Assembly (NCBI GenBank): GCA_963796275.1
Contig: CAWCKY010000004.1
Span: 640,001 to 704,000, forward strand
DNA length: 64,000 bases
Origin: an uncultured Acidobacteriota bacterium
Lineage (GTDB): Bacteria > Acidobacteriota > Blastocatellia > RBC074
Direction: 5' to 3'
Shown: in pieces, positions 19,500 to 30,222 of the stretch
Position numbering within the stretch: the first letter of the stretch is position 1
How the letters are laid out: every line of letters begins with the position of its first letter
The notes under the pieces: generated by a model
The model's input: the letters and a program-made list of their open reading frames with translations, nothing else
Databases searched by the model: none
Told to the model about the DNA's origin: nothing
Position numbers and translations under genes: made by a program

Positions 19500-20051
19500 T
19501 CACCGCCCCGTGACGGCAAAAACCTGGCGGGAAATGAACTCCTTGAGATACGCAAGTGAGTCGCCGGAAAACTTGAACTCGATCTCGCCCCACTTGCCCT
19601 CAAGTCTTTGGGCGTCGAGCAGCTTCCTTAAGGCCTCCCGTCCGAGCTCGGCATGCGCCTGTTCTGCGAACAAACGATTTAACTCGTAGAAGTCGTTGCG
19701 GTAGTCTTTGGCGGGAACCTCAATCCGGTCAGAATCCAGATACAGCAAAACGGTCTTCGTTTCCTTGAACAACGGTTTGGTGCGGCGGGTCGCGCTGCCT
19801 CGGTAAGACGAGAGGCTCAGCCAGAATATCGCCGTCTCATTCGGCTCTCTCCCGCGGAATGATGCGTTCGCCTGTACGACCAGCCTTGGAGCTCCTTTTC
19901 CAAGTTCGAGCAGATCGCATTGTACGGTCGTCATATCGGCATCGCGGTCATATCTACTTTCGATTTGACCTACGCCTGACGGCGATGAGTTTTGCAGGAT
20001 TATAAGAGTGATTCCCAATAAATACGGGAGAAGCGTATGTGCTAAATTCAT
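19500..20051 (-). CDS. Hypothetical secreted/membrane-anchored protein
   Basis: Start moved to MNLAHTLL (purine-rich RBS); N-terminal hydrophobic segment; no recognised family. Confidence 0.6.
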   Translation of the reverse strand: MNLAHTLLPYLLGITLIILQNSSPSGVGQIESRYDRDADMTTVQCDLLELGKGAPRLVVQANASFRGREPNETAIFWLSLSSYRGSATRRTKPLFKETKTVLLYLDSDRIEVPAKDYRNDFYELNRLFAEQAHAELGREALRKLLDAQRLEGKWGEIEFKFSGDSLAYLKEFISRQVFAVTGR

Positions 20052-20261
20052 GACTTCCTTTCTTCTCCTTCCCAGATGCTTTGCTTCTCTCTCTTCGTAC
20101 GCGCGGGTGGCCGTTTGGCCCCTAGCTAGCCGAGCGCGCTCAGGCAAACTGTGACCTATATTCGACGGGAGGTTATTTAGCTTCAGACAGAGAGGGGATT
20201 TTTTATGGGGAATGGACGCGCGGGTTTCGGCGGCGGGAGATCATCGTTTAGCTCAACTATT

Positions 20262-20762
20262 TCAGCCTCGTTTCCGGACAGACGCTCGCTGTCGGGAAGG
20301 ACGAGGTCGACTGGAACCATCTCCGGTGACACGGGGCAGCCTCTGGATCGGCCAGCTAACTGAAAGCAACTCTCCTGGAGGGAGCGCCTGCCAACGGTCG
20401 TATATGACATCCAGGGCGTGCCCTGCGGGAGTCGGAGCTCCCATCCGCCACGCCGCCACGTGCGAGTTCACCAGATGTTCGTTTGAGTTGAGCGCCTCTC
20501 GGTGCTCCCGAATGAGCGCCTGCCCCGGCTGTGTGCGGCGGCGCCCGGGGACGGTTTTGAAAGTCGCGCCATTGGCGAGCAAACCCCAAAAACCATACTC
20601 CAGCCCCAGAGCGGCCTCGACAACGAACTGAGCCAGATCATGCGGCAAGTCGCGGCCGGATGCCATCGTGGTACCCTGAAATGGCTTACGCTTCGGGGGT
20701 TCCGCTATCCATGCGCACAATCGCCCTTCGTCTAATTTATAAAATATAACCCGCATTTCCAT
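20262..20762 (-). CDS. Hypothetical protein (LPHDLAQFVVE..LG...GFWG motif)
   Basis: Plausible globular ORF with a conserved-looking motif; function unknown. Confidence 0.65.
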   Translation of the reverse strand: MEMRVIFYKLDEGRLCAWIAEPPKRKPFQGTTMASGRDLPHDLAQFVVEAALGLEYGFWGLLANGATFKTVPGRRRTQPGQALIREHREALNSNEHLVNSHVAAWRMGAPTPAGHALDVIYDRWQALPPGELLSVSWPIQRLPRVTGDGSSRPRPSRQRASVRKRG

Positions 20763-20937
20763 AGGCTCTTCTATCTTACCTTTTCAACAACGCAACGGAA
20801 AGCCGGACGGATTTCCCGAACCCGCCGAACCATTTATTCTGGCTTGCGCGACCGTCTGACTCTGCCCTAGTATCGATTCGGTTATTGATCACTCAAACCA
20901 ATCCCTTGGAGGATGTCTGAGTGAGGAAAACAATACT

Positions 20938-22305
20938 ATGCGAATACTCATTCTATGGTGCGCTTCTTTAATAACCATGCTGCTTTCATTGACGGCGCCG
21001 GCGAAGGCTTGTTCCTGCATCGACCCAGGGCCGCCGTGTCAAACTTACGGAAAATCTTCCGCTGTCTTTAGCGGCCAGGTTATTGAGATCGTTCCATTCG
21101 AAGTCGAGGGCTATCCCCAGAAGCTGGTTCGTTTTGCCGTAAGCGAAGCATTTCGCGGCATTGCGGGATCATCAGTGGAGATCGCCACGGGCAACGGCGG
21201 CGGTGATTGCGGCTATCCATTTAGTATCGGCGAAAACTATCTGGTGTATGCCCATCGCTCCTCGCAAGGGAACAGACTCTATGCCAGCATATGCAGCCGC
21301 ACCGGGCCGCTGTCGGAAGCGAGTCAAGATATCGAGTACATCCGTGGGCTCTCGAAAGTCGAGCCCGGAGGACAGATATTCGGCACGGCGAAGAGGTTCC
21401 GACGTGTAAATGCTGATGTAATTCATCAGCCACTCGAACCTATGGAGGGCGTCCGCGTCACGATTGAAGGTGATGGAAAGCAAGTGGTGGCCGTGACCGA
21501 TGGAAAAGGCAGCTACCTTGCTGCCGGACTCCGCCCCGGAGGCTATCTTGTGCGAATCAAGGCGCCGGATGGCCTCTACCCGAGCGAAGTTCAACATAAG
21601 GTGGAAATAACGGACAAAGGTTGCGCTGTCGTAGACTTCACCTTTCAGCCGAATACTTCTCTGAGCGGCCAGGTCTTCGATGAGGGCTCGGCGCCGGTGC
21701 CGAAAATCACGGTCGATCTGATTCCTTCCGATGAGATCGACGAACCTTATCAAAGGCATAATCTATTCGTTCACACAGATGACGAAGGACGCTTTACCCT
21801 CCTGACAATCCCGCCCGGCACGTACTATCTCGGAATAAGACTCAATCGTATTACAGCACCTACATTCCCGTACCCGCGGACGTTTTATCCGGGCACTCGG
21901 GATATTGCGCAAGCACAGACGATCACGATCGTCGAAGGTCAAACGGTTGAAGGCTTTAATATTAAGCTCCCAGCCAAGCTCAGGCTAAGAAAAATTGAGG
22001 GATATGTTAGATGGCCGGACGGTAAACCGGTTCCGGACGCCATGTTATGCGTTGAAGTAGTTGAATATGCCGAACGCTCTCTCTGCTTCGGGGGCAACGA
22101 AAAGGTGGGCGAGGACGGTCGATTTTCCTTCACCCTGTTCGAAGGTTTGCGACATCTGGTGCGCGCTCTCGTCAACGGAGGAAACGGGCAGCGCCACGCC
22201 GAGCCGGTCGAAATACCCGCTAATGGCGATGTAAGCGACATCAAGATTGTAATTTCGGAACCAAACGGTAATTGCGAAAAATGTAATAGATGGAAAAGAA
22301 AATAG
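20938..22305 (+). CDS. Secreted protein: TIMP/NTR-like N-domain plus carboxypeptidase-regulatory-like repeats
   Basis: AKA|CSC start, AVFSGQV, GGDCGYPF...YLVYA...ICSRT; later TDGKGSY...LRPGGY and TDDEGRF...IPPGTY repeats. Confidence 0.75.
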   Translation: MRILILWCASLITMLLSLTAPAKACSCIDPGPPCQTYGKSSAVFSGQVIEIVPFEVEGYPQKLVRFAVSEAFRGIAGSSVEIATGNGGGDCGYPFSIGENYLVYAHRSSQGNRLYASICSRTGPLSEASQDIEYIRGLSKVEPGGQIFGTAKRFRRVNADVIHQPLEPMEGVRVTIEGDGKQVVAVTDGKGSYLAAGLRPGGYLVRIKAPDGLYPSEVQHKVEITDKGCAVVDFTFQPNTSLSGQVFDEGSAPVPKITVDLIPSDEIDEPYQRHNLFVHTDDEGRFTLLTIPPGTYYLGIRLNRITAPTFPYPRTFYPGTRDIAQAQTITIVEGQTVEGFNIKLPAKLRLRKIEGYVRWPDGKPVPDAMLCVEVVEYAERSLCFGGNEKVGEDGRFSFTLFEGLRHLVRALVNGGNGQRHAEPVEIPANGDVSDIKIVISEPNGNCEKCNRWKRK

Positions 22306-22490
22306 AACCTATAACTATTCAAGAAGCAGATAGTAACCTGCTCCCTAACCGCTATTTCTAAGGAATCGTTTTATTTCTTCAACTAAATGCACTGAACATT
22401 GAAAGCGCCTGATCATTCATCGCTTCCGCGTCGTCCTATCTTTGCTGAAAGTATGCGTGCAGACGCTTTCCAGAGGAGAAATGGGTAGCA

Positions 22491-23453
22491 ATGACTAAAA
22501 AAACAACGACAACTGAAATGCCCTACCGGCTGCTCGGCAGTACCGGAGAACAAGTCTCCGCCATCGGCGTCGGGGGCTGGCATCTCGGGCTCAATCACGT
22601 AGATGAACAGCTGAGCATACGTATCGTTCGCACTGCGATCGATCGCGGGATAAATTTCATGGATAACTCCTGGGATTACAACGAAGGCGTCAGCGAGATC
22701 CGGATGGGTAAGGCACTGTGCGACGGCTATCGTGATCGCGCATTCCTGATGACCAAGATCGATGGACGCTCGAAAGCGGAGGCTGTCCGGCAGCTCGATG
22801 AATCACTACGACGCCTGCAGGCAGAATGCATCGACCTCGTTCAACATCACGAAGTAATTCGGTTTGAAGACCCGCACCGCATCTTCCATGAGGACGGGGC
22901 CCATGCCGCGTTGATCGACGCGCAGAAGGCCGGCAAGCTGCGCTACATCGGCTTCACCGGCCACAAGGATCCGCGCATCCATCAATACACGCTCGAGGCT
23001 GCCGCGGAATACGGATTCAAGTTCGACGCGGTTCAGATGCCGCTCAGCCTGCTGGACGCTCACTACCGGAGCTTCGAAAAAATTGTGCTTCCCATGCTGG
23101 TGAAACAGAACATCGGAGTGCTCGGGATGAAGAGCATGGCAAACGGCATTCTGTTGAAATCGAATACCGCAACGCCGATTGAATGCCTGCACTATGCTCT
23201 CAACCTGCCAACATCGGTCGTGATAACAGGTATCGACAGCATGGCACTACTCGACCAGGCATTCGAAGCCGTTCGCACGTTCCATCCGCTCAGCAAACAG
23301 GAGCTCGATGTGCTGCTCGCAAAAACCGCGGCGGCCGCATCGAACGGGTATTTCGAACCCTTCAAAACTACCTCGCTCTTCGACAGCACGGCGAATAACC
23401 CCCACTGGCTGGGTGAAGAACCGGCCAATCTAAAACAGCTTCTGCAAGTGTAA
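22491..23453 (+). CDS. Aldo/keto reductase
   Basis: YRLLGSTGEQVSAIG.GG, GINFMDNSWDY, SE.RMGKAL, FLMTK, SLRRLQ..IDL. Confidence 0.92.
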   Translation: MTKKTTTTEMPYRLLGSTGEQVSAIGVGGWHLGLNHVDEQLSIRIVRTAIDRGINFMDNSWDYNEGVSEIRMGKALCDGYRDRAFLMTKIDGRSKAEAVRQLDESLRRLQAECIDLVQHHEVIRFEDPHRIFHEDGAHAALIDAQKAGKLRYIGFTGHKDPRIHQYTLEAAAEYGFKFDAVQMPLSLLDAHYRSFEKIVLPMLVKQNIGVLGMKSMANGILLKSNTATPIECLHYALNLPTSVVITGIDSMALLDQAFEAVRTFHPLSKQELDVLLAKTAAAASNGYFEPFKTTSLFDSTANNPHWLGEEPANLKQLLQV

Positions 23454-23484
23454 CCAGATTTGTCCGGGCAACGGAAAACAAAAG

Positions 23485-23530
23485 AGCAGAGAGAACACTA
23501 AGTACAATTTTTTCTTGTGTTCTCTCTGCT
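23485..23530 (+). terminator. Hairpin downstream of AKR gene
   Basis: AGCAGAGAGAACAC / GTGTTCTCTCTGCT 14-bp IR followed by TCTTT. Confidence 0.45.
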
Positions 23531-23714
23531 TCTTTCCCGTGCGCGCCCTCAGATTTGCGATGCCGGGTTATGATTGACAGATACATAGACATTTATCAAT
23601 ATATCGATGCGATAACTATGCGATGACAATGAAGTATGGAAGAAAAGATCAGTCGAAAAATCACTGAGCATCGCGCTTAACGAGAGTAGATTATGGAGAA
23701 TGAGAGGATAAAAA

Positions 23715-24827
23715 TTGATAATTGATAGACATATTCTTTCGCCTGCCAAGATAGGGTCCTTGCAACTTCCCAATCGAATGGTGATGGCGCCGCTGACGCG
23801 CGGGCGCGCTGGCAGAGGCAATGTGCCGGGAATTATGAATGCCGAATATTATGCGCAACGCGCATCGGCGGGACTCATCATCACAGAAGCGACGCAGGTC
23901 TCGCCACAAGGTATCGGGTACCCCAATACTCCTGGCATTCACACGGCACAGCAGGTCGCCGGCTGGCGTCTGGTGACGGATGCCGTCCATTCAGGTGGCG
24001 GAACGATATTTCTTCAACTTTGGCACGTCGGGCGTATCTCGCATCCCAGCTTGCAGGAGGGTGGCGCATTACCTGTCGCGCCCTCAGAGGTCGGGCCGAA
24101 GGGCGATGCCATCACATATGAAGGCAGGAAGGCTTTCGTGGCTCCGCGCGCGCTAGAGATGAGCGAGATCTCCGAGGTTGTCGCCCAATTCCGCGATGGC
24201 GCGAAGCATGCCCTCGATGCTGGATTCGATGGCGTCGAGATACACGCCGCCAATGGTTATCTGATCGACCAGTTCCTGCGTGACGGCACCAACTTGCGCA
24301 CCGACGGCTATGGCGGTCGCGTAGAGAATCGCGCGCGTTTTCTGCTGGAGGTCGTTGAATCTGTCAGCGGAATCTGGGGCGCGGAGCGCGTCGGTGTCCG
24401 GATTTCGCCTACCAGCGCGTTCAACGATCTGTCTGACTCAGACCCTCAGAAGATATTCGGATATGCCGCCGAATCTTTGGGCCGTCTGGGGATCGCTTAT
24501 CTGCACGTCGTTGAGGGTACCGAAACCGATGATTTCGATTTCCTCCGAGGGGCCAGTACGAGCGTATTTTTTCGCGGGCTGCGCGATGCATTCGGTGGAG
24601 CTTACATCGCCAATGGCGGCTATGATTTTGAGCGTGCCAATGCGAGTCTTGCGCGCGGCGACGTCGATCTCGTCTCGTTCGGCCGACTGTTTCTCGCCAA
24701 TCCGGACTTGCCGGAGCGCTTTGCCAGGAACGCGCCGTTGAATGCGCCGGATATTGCGACTTTCTACGGCGGCGATGAAAAAGGCTACACGGACTACCCT
24801 GCGCTAGAACAACAAGCAGCCGCATAG
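23715..24827 (+). CDS. nemA: Old yellow enzyme family alkene reductase (NemA-like)
   Basis: NRMVMAPLTRGRA, YYAQRASAGLIITEAT, QLWHVGRISH, EIHAANGYLIDQFL, FYGG..KGYTDYP. Confidence 0.9.
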   Translation: MIIDRHILSPAKIGSLQLPNRMVMAPLTRGRAGRGNVPGIMNAEYYAQRASAGLIITEATQVSPQGIGYPNTPGIHTAQQVAGWRLVTDAVHSGGGTIFLQLWHVGRISHPSLQEGGALPVAPSEVGPKGDAITYEGRKAFVAPRALEMSEISEVVAQFRDGAKHALDAGFDGVEIHAANGYLIDQFLRDGTNLRTDGYGGRVENRARFLLEVVESVSGIWGAERVGVRISPTSAFNDLSDSDPQKIFGYAAESLGRLGIAYLHVVEGTETDDFDFLRGASTSVFFRGLRDAFGGAYIANGGYDFERANASLARGDVDLVSFGRLFLANPDLPERFARNAPLNAPDIATFYGGDEKGYTDYPALEQQAAA

Positions 24828-24846
24828 ATGAGAAGGGGGACCGAAC

Positions 24847-26533
24847 TCAACTGCAGCAGCGATCACCAACGCGGCAAAAACATGACGATCCGATCTCCAC
24901 ATCGGCCCGGGCAAGAGCCAGATCGAGGCGAGCCTGCGCGGACGCCGCTTCCTCGCGCTTGCCCAGCCGGTGGAGACATTCAACATACCCATGCAGGCTC
25001 CAGACGTTGTCAGGATGCTGAGATGCCCGGTTGAGCGTATGGTCGAGCCCCAGGTCGGCCCGATAAACCTGGGCTGCTTCTTCCACCCGATCCTGTTCCA
25101 GTAGTAACGCGCCCAATGCATGCCGGGCCGGCTGCATCCACCCCCATGGCTCGTCATAGGGCAGGCTGTCGTCGAGTTCCACCGCATGGCGCAGGTGGGC
25201 GAAGGCGGTTTCGTACTCGCCCTTACGATACTCGATCTCGCCACCCAACATTGCGCCGGCGATCGATAAGATATCCGTGCAGGTGTTGTTGAAGATCCTG
25301 CGCGTCTCCTGTACTCGGGCGAACGCTTCAATGAATAGTTGCTGTTCCGCTTCTGCAGCAGCTATCTGTCCACTGGCCGAGTGGGCCACTCCCTTTAGCG
25401 TAATGAAGCATCGCCGTCGTCACGCTATAAAGTTCCTGGTCGGCTGGTAGATGCTCATCAATGATCTCCCGCCATTTACCGAACCGCACCAGAACGTGCA
25501 CTTTAATTGCCACAAAACCCTCCAACCAGTCGGCCATAGGCGGCGACGTCACGCGCAACAGTTCTTCCGGGATGGTTGCGGCCAGTTCATTGGCGGCTTC
25601 CATGGCCGATCGGTACTGGCCAAGAAACATCGCTGAATAGAGCTTGAAGTGCAGGTTGTGGGTTCGATAAATGGTGTAGAAATTGAGTGGTCCCTCGCGA
25701 TCCAGATATATGCGATCGGCGCGGATCGCCCTGTTATTAGCGACCATTGCCGCATAATAATGGCCGCAGAGCAGATCGATATGCGATGGCATGTGGCACA
25801 GATGACCGGCATCGGGCATCAGGTCGCGGAGCGGATCGCACGCCCGCAAAGCCCGCTCGGGATGGGGTGACATTTCCATCGTATGAATATACATGTGAAG
25901 TACGCCCGGATGCGGCGCTCCCCCGCGCTCGTCCATAATCCGAAGGGCGCGTTCGAGCACTGCCACAGCTTCGAGCGTATCAGCGCCCCGCGCGGGTTCG
26001 CCGCTTTTCAGGTCCCACAACTTCCATGGCGTCCGGTCGATCATCGCCTCGGCAAAGAGGGCGATGACATCGAGATCATCGGGAAAAGCTTGGTAGACAC
26101 CTCTCATCGCCGACGAGTAGGCATCGTTCCAGGCGCATAAATCTTCATTGCTCAACACCTGATCTGATTGGTAACGCAACTCGATCGCCCTGATGAGCTC
26201 CCGTTCCACCGGCGATGCAACGGCGATAAGAGAAACCGCAGACTCGGTCGCGCGGCGCGCAACGGTTACAGCATTCGTTATCTCATCTTCGGCAAAATCT
26301 TCCCATCGTTTGTTATAGTTCGGGCCGGAGGCATAAGCGATGCCCCAATAAGCGATCGCGCATCTGCTGTCGTGTTCAATCGCCTTGCGGAAACAGCGGA
26401 CTGACTCTTCATGGTTATAGCCGTAACTCCAGAGCAACCCGCGATCGAACCAGACCTGAGCCTCCATCGAGTTAGTAGTTATCGGACGGCTGTATATGCC
26501 CAAATCATAATATTCACTATATTCACCCATCAT
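24847..26533 (-). CDS. TPR-containing protein (one frameshift near 25392)
   Basis: AQVWFDRGLLWSYGYNHEE, HMYIH, HLCHMPSHI, YDEPWGWMQP.RHALGALL; an extra G in AAAGGGAG joins the two fragments. Confidence 0.8.
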
Positions 26534-26718
26534 CGTTCCAACACCTCCATTCTCCCGTTTTCTCACGGGCGATCATATAAAAATAGACACCAAACAGCCG
26601 CCGAAGTAAATGTGATGTGTGTGATCTTAAATGCAAAAGAGAGGCCTGTGGACCCAAATTTAGTACCGGGCATAACCCGATAAACGGTAAAAATCCGAAG
26701 ATCGACAATGTCTCGTTT

Positions 26719-27021
26719 GAGATTCCGCGTTTGGAGCTCCGCGTTTGGAGTTCCGCGTTTGGAGTTCCGCGTTTACGCGGTCTTCTCCACGTTTTGGAGC
26801 CACGTTAGTTTGGAGCTCCGCGTTTGGAGCTCCGCGTTTGGAGTTCCGCGTTTACGCGGTCTTCTCCACGTTTTGGAGTCACGTTAGCCTCGAGCTCCGC
26901 GCTTGGAGCTCCGCGTTTGGAGTTCCGCGTTTGGAGTTCCGCGTTTACGCGGTCTTCTCCACGTTTTGGAGTCACGTTAGCCTCGAGCTCCGCGCTTGGA
27001 GTTCCGCGTTTACGCGGTCTT
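26719..27021 (+). repeat. REP array: tandem 14-bp GGAG(T/C)TCCGCGTTT units ending in four full REPs GGAGTTCCGCGTTTACGCGG
   Basis: Directly visible; GGAG tetramer followed by CCGCG-TTTA-CGCGG hairpin. Confidence 0.88.
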
Positions 27022-27110
27022 CAGTCCTCATTTAGTCTGATTTATCCATTCCATCGACGCGAGGAAAATTGAATTCTCAAACAATGCGGAACTCCTAACT
27101 CCAAACCCAA

Positions 27111-27731
27111 TCAATCAACATCCCACTTCTTACCGTAATCAAGAATTGGATGCTCGTACCAGATCCTTTCCACCTCTTCGCGCCCTGCCTGCTCAAGAAA
27201 AAGGGCCGCGCTCGACCAAGGCCAGTCCGCCCATTTCTCAACATAACCGTGATGAATAGGATTGTGATGAATATAATTCAGGGTAGCGTAGAAATGTCTA
27301 TCCGACCTCATCTCGCGATCGAAGCAGCGATACCAGACTTTTCGTCCGAGTTGATCATCCTCCTGGTTCCACAATCTGGAGGAGCGTCCGTGAAACTTGC
27401 CGATTTCACGGCAAAACTGTCTGATAGCCTCGGACTTCAATAACAGATGATAATGATTCGGCAAAACACACCAGGCGTAAATATCGCAACCCGCTTGTTG
27501 ACATATTGAGAGAATCACTTTCTCACACTCCGACATTCGCTGTGGACTTACGCCTATATAATGCTGATGCTCGTAACATGCGGCGCTGACCAAATATCTG
27601 TCGTTATAACCCATACTGTCGTGTGGCGGTGAGTGCCAGGGAACTCCCTTCGCTTTCCGCCAAGCCACTACTTCCGCGCGCATCTCCGGGGACATCTCGC
27701 GAAAAGCGTACATAAGTTTTACCTCCTGCAT
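27111..27731 (-). mobile_element. REP-associated tyrosine transposase (RAYT, IS200-like Y1 HUH)
   Basis: AWCVLPNHYHLL HUH motif, VW...FDR.MR, YIHHNP..HGYV..W.DWPWSS; flanked by REPs on both sides. Confidence 0.92.
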
Positions 27732-27833
27732 TCGGCATTTACGGGTTTCCTATGCATATAGATTTCTATTGATTGACGCAGAAATTCCAACTCTCTGCTC
27801 ACTTTCTGCTACGTGTTTGTAGTCGTATAAGAT

Positions 27834-28176
27834 TTCGCGTTTAGAGTTCCCGTTTGGAGTTCCCGTTTGGAGTTCCGTGTTTACGCGGTCTTTACCTTTT
27901 CGCATGCAATTTTCTGACCGCCTGAAGGCGGAACTCCAAACTCAAGTTCGCTTGGAGTTCCGCGTTTACACGGTCTTTTCTTTTTCCACGCGATTTCTGA
28001 CCGCCTGAAGGCGGAACTCCAAACTTCAGTTTCGCGTTTACATCGTCTTTTCTTTCCCACGTGATTTTTCTGACCGCCTGAAAGCGGAACTCCAAACTCA
28101 AGTTCGTTTGTAGTTTCGCGTTTACATCGTCATTTCCACGCGATTTTCTGACCGCCTGAAAGCGGAACTCCAAACC
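27834..28176. repeat. BIME-like array of about four inverted REP pairs
   Basis: GGAGTTCCG(C/T)GTTTAC(G/A)CGG-type units, progressively decayed, alternate with four inverted CCGCCTGAA(G/A)GCGGAACTCCAAAC units. Confidence 0.88.
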
Positions 28177-28324
28177 GAACCTACCGGGATTGACCATCAC
28201 ATTGATTGCGGCTTACATTGCCTCTCTCATAAACGCAAAATCCTCGAACCCTGAAATCAAGTGAGAATGTGAAAGAGAGAGAGAAAGTGAGCGAGAAGAC
28301 AATACAAGCGAAACAGGAGCAACC

Positions 28325-30136
28325 ATGAGAACCATCATCTTTATTATCGCCATTTTATTTTTACCATTGACCGCAAATTCTCAGCAGACAAACCCTGAAT
28401 CGCGTTTTGCCAAGCTCGATACCGTCAGGGTGCATTACCAGAATTACGGCAGTGGCAAAGAAGCGCTCGTCTTCGTTCACGGATGGACGTGCAATCTGAA
28501 TTTCTGGAAGGCGAATATTCCAGCATTCGTCAAACAGACCCGCGTGATCGCCATCGATCTGCCCGGCCACGGTGAGAGCGATAAGCCGCAGACCACATAT
28601 TCGATGGATTTCTTCGCTCGTGCTATCGATGCGGTTCTGCAGGACGCTAAAGTGGAGCGAGCCGTCCTTGCCGGCCACAGCATGGGCACTCCAGTTGTGC
28701 GGCAGTTCTATCGCAAATTTCCCCAGAAGACTCAAGCGCTCGTCCTCGTCGATGGCGGGCTGCGGCCTTTCGGAAACCGGGAGGCAATGGAGAAATTTAT
28801 TGAGCCGTTTCGCGGGCCGAATTACAAAGAGGCTGCCAACCGGATGGTCAATATGATGCTCCCCACCGTCAAGGATGTGAATGTGCGGGAAGAGATTCGC
28901 TCAGCTATGCTCTCCGCGCCACAGCACGTCATGGCCGGCGCGATGGAAGGAATGGCCGATCCGGATGTCTGGAAGACTCAGGACAAAATCAATGTACCGG
29001 TTTTGGCCATTTACGCAAAACAACCATTTTGGACGAACGAGTATGAGCGATTTGTGCGCGGTATTGTTCCGGATCTCGATTACCAATTGTGGGAAGGCGT
29101 GAGCCATTTCCTCATGATGGATGAACCTCAGAAGTTTAACGATGCCGTTCTCGCTTTCTTGAAGAAGAATAAACTCGTCAACGATAAAGCCGATCGCGTC
29201 TCGGGCATACCTGGTCAGGCGTTGAGTCCTGCCCCCCTGGCGCAAACAACCACCGCGCAACAACTCGGATACGGTCCGAACGACAAGGTCTTGATGGTTC
29301 ATGCCGATGATCTGGGAATGTCACACTCTGTCAACGTGGCTACCATCGATGCCTTTAAAAAAGGCATGGTGACCTCGGGCAGCATTATGGTTCCCTGCCC
29401 CTGGTTTCCGGAGATCGCAGCCTATGCCAGGGAACATCCTGAACTTGATCTGGGTCTGCATTTGACTCTGACCAGCGAATGGAAATTTTTGCGTTGGCGG
29501 CCAGTGGCCTCGCCGGAGAAGGTCAAAGGATTGCTGGACGAAGAAGGTTATATGTGGCGCTCTGAGCGGCAGACCGCGATGAAGGCTACGCCGCAGGAGG
29601 TCGAGATCGAATTGCGCGCACAGATCGAACGCGCTCGGCAATTCGGGATCAAGCCCACACACCTCGACACACATATGGGCACGCTCTACACACGTAGGGA
29701 TTTTTTTGATGTATACACAAAACTCGGCAAGGAATATGGCATCCCGGTAATGGTGATGCGCCCGACGCCCGAAATCCTGGCTTACGGCAAACAGACCGGC
29801 TCACCGATCACTGAAGAACTCTTGAAAAAAGTCGAAGCCGACGGATTCGTGATGCTGGATTATCTGGCCACGGGCGTGCCGGGCAAGAATTTCGCTGAAC
29901 GGAAAGAGTCGTATAAAAAATTCCTGCGAAGCCTGAAGCCCGGCGTAACAATGCTGATCGTACATCTTGGGATGAATGACCCCGAATTGAAAGCCACAAC
30001 CGGGTCGTGGGAAGAGCGTTACGGCGATTTCCTCTCTTTCACCGATCCCGAAATCGCGGCGCTCATCAAAGAACTGGGGATCAAACTGACGACGTGGCGT
30101 GAGATGGGCAAAATCGCCTGGAAGAAGGAAAACTGA
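28325..30136 (+). CDS. Secreted fusion: alpha/beta hydrolase plus YdjC/ChbG-family carbohydrate deacetylase
   Basis: [19 protein letters not shown]; then [31 protein letters not shown]. Confidence 0.85.
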   Translation: MRTIIFIIAILFLPLTANSQQTNPESRFAKLDTVRVHYQNYGSGKEALVFVHGWTCNLNFWKANIPAFVKQTRVIAIDLPGHGESDKPQTTYSMDFFARAIDAVLQDAKVERAVLAGHSMGTPVVRQFYRKFPQKTQALVLVDGGLRPFGNREAMEKFIEPFRGPNYKEAANRMVNMMLPTVKDVNVREEIRSAMLSAPQHVMAGAMEGMADPDVWKTQDKINVPVLAIYAKQPFWTNEYERFVRGIVPDLDYQLWEGVSHFLMMDEPQKFNDAVLAFLKKNKLVNDKADRVSGIPGQALSPAPLAQTTTAQQLGYGPNDKVLMVHADDLGMSHSVNVATIDAFKKGMVTSGSIMVPCPWFPEIAAYAREHPELDLGLHLTLTSEWKFLRWRPVASPEKVKGLLDEEGYMWRSERQTAMKATPQEVEIELRAQIERARQFGIKPTHLDTHMGTLYTRRDFFDVYTKLGKEYGIPVMVMRPTPEILAYGKQTGSPITEELLKKVEADGFVMLDYLATGVPGKNFAERKESYKKFLRSLKPGVTMLIVHLGMNDPELKATTGSWEERYGDFLSFTDPEIAALIKELGIKLTTWREMGKIAWKKEN

Positions 30137-30222
30137 AGCTTTACAATTGATGTTTTACGCGAATTCCAGTGTCTCGGTTGCCCAGGCAAACAAACTTAAT
30201 TAGATTTCCATCTCCCTAACGA

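Noticed and set aside
26719-28176. Possible CRISPR arrays
   Set aside because: Spacers are themselves repeated or near-identical, orientations alternate, no cas genes are present, and a RAYT sits in the middle. These are REP/BIME arrays.
26745-28200. Short repetitive ORFs (LEFRVWSSAF..., LEFRFQAVRK...) as peptide precursors
   Set aside because: They are translations of the REP arrays.
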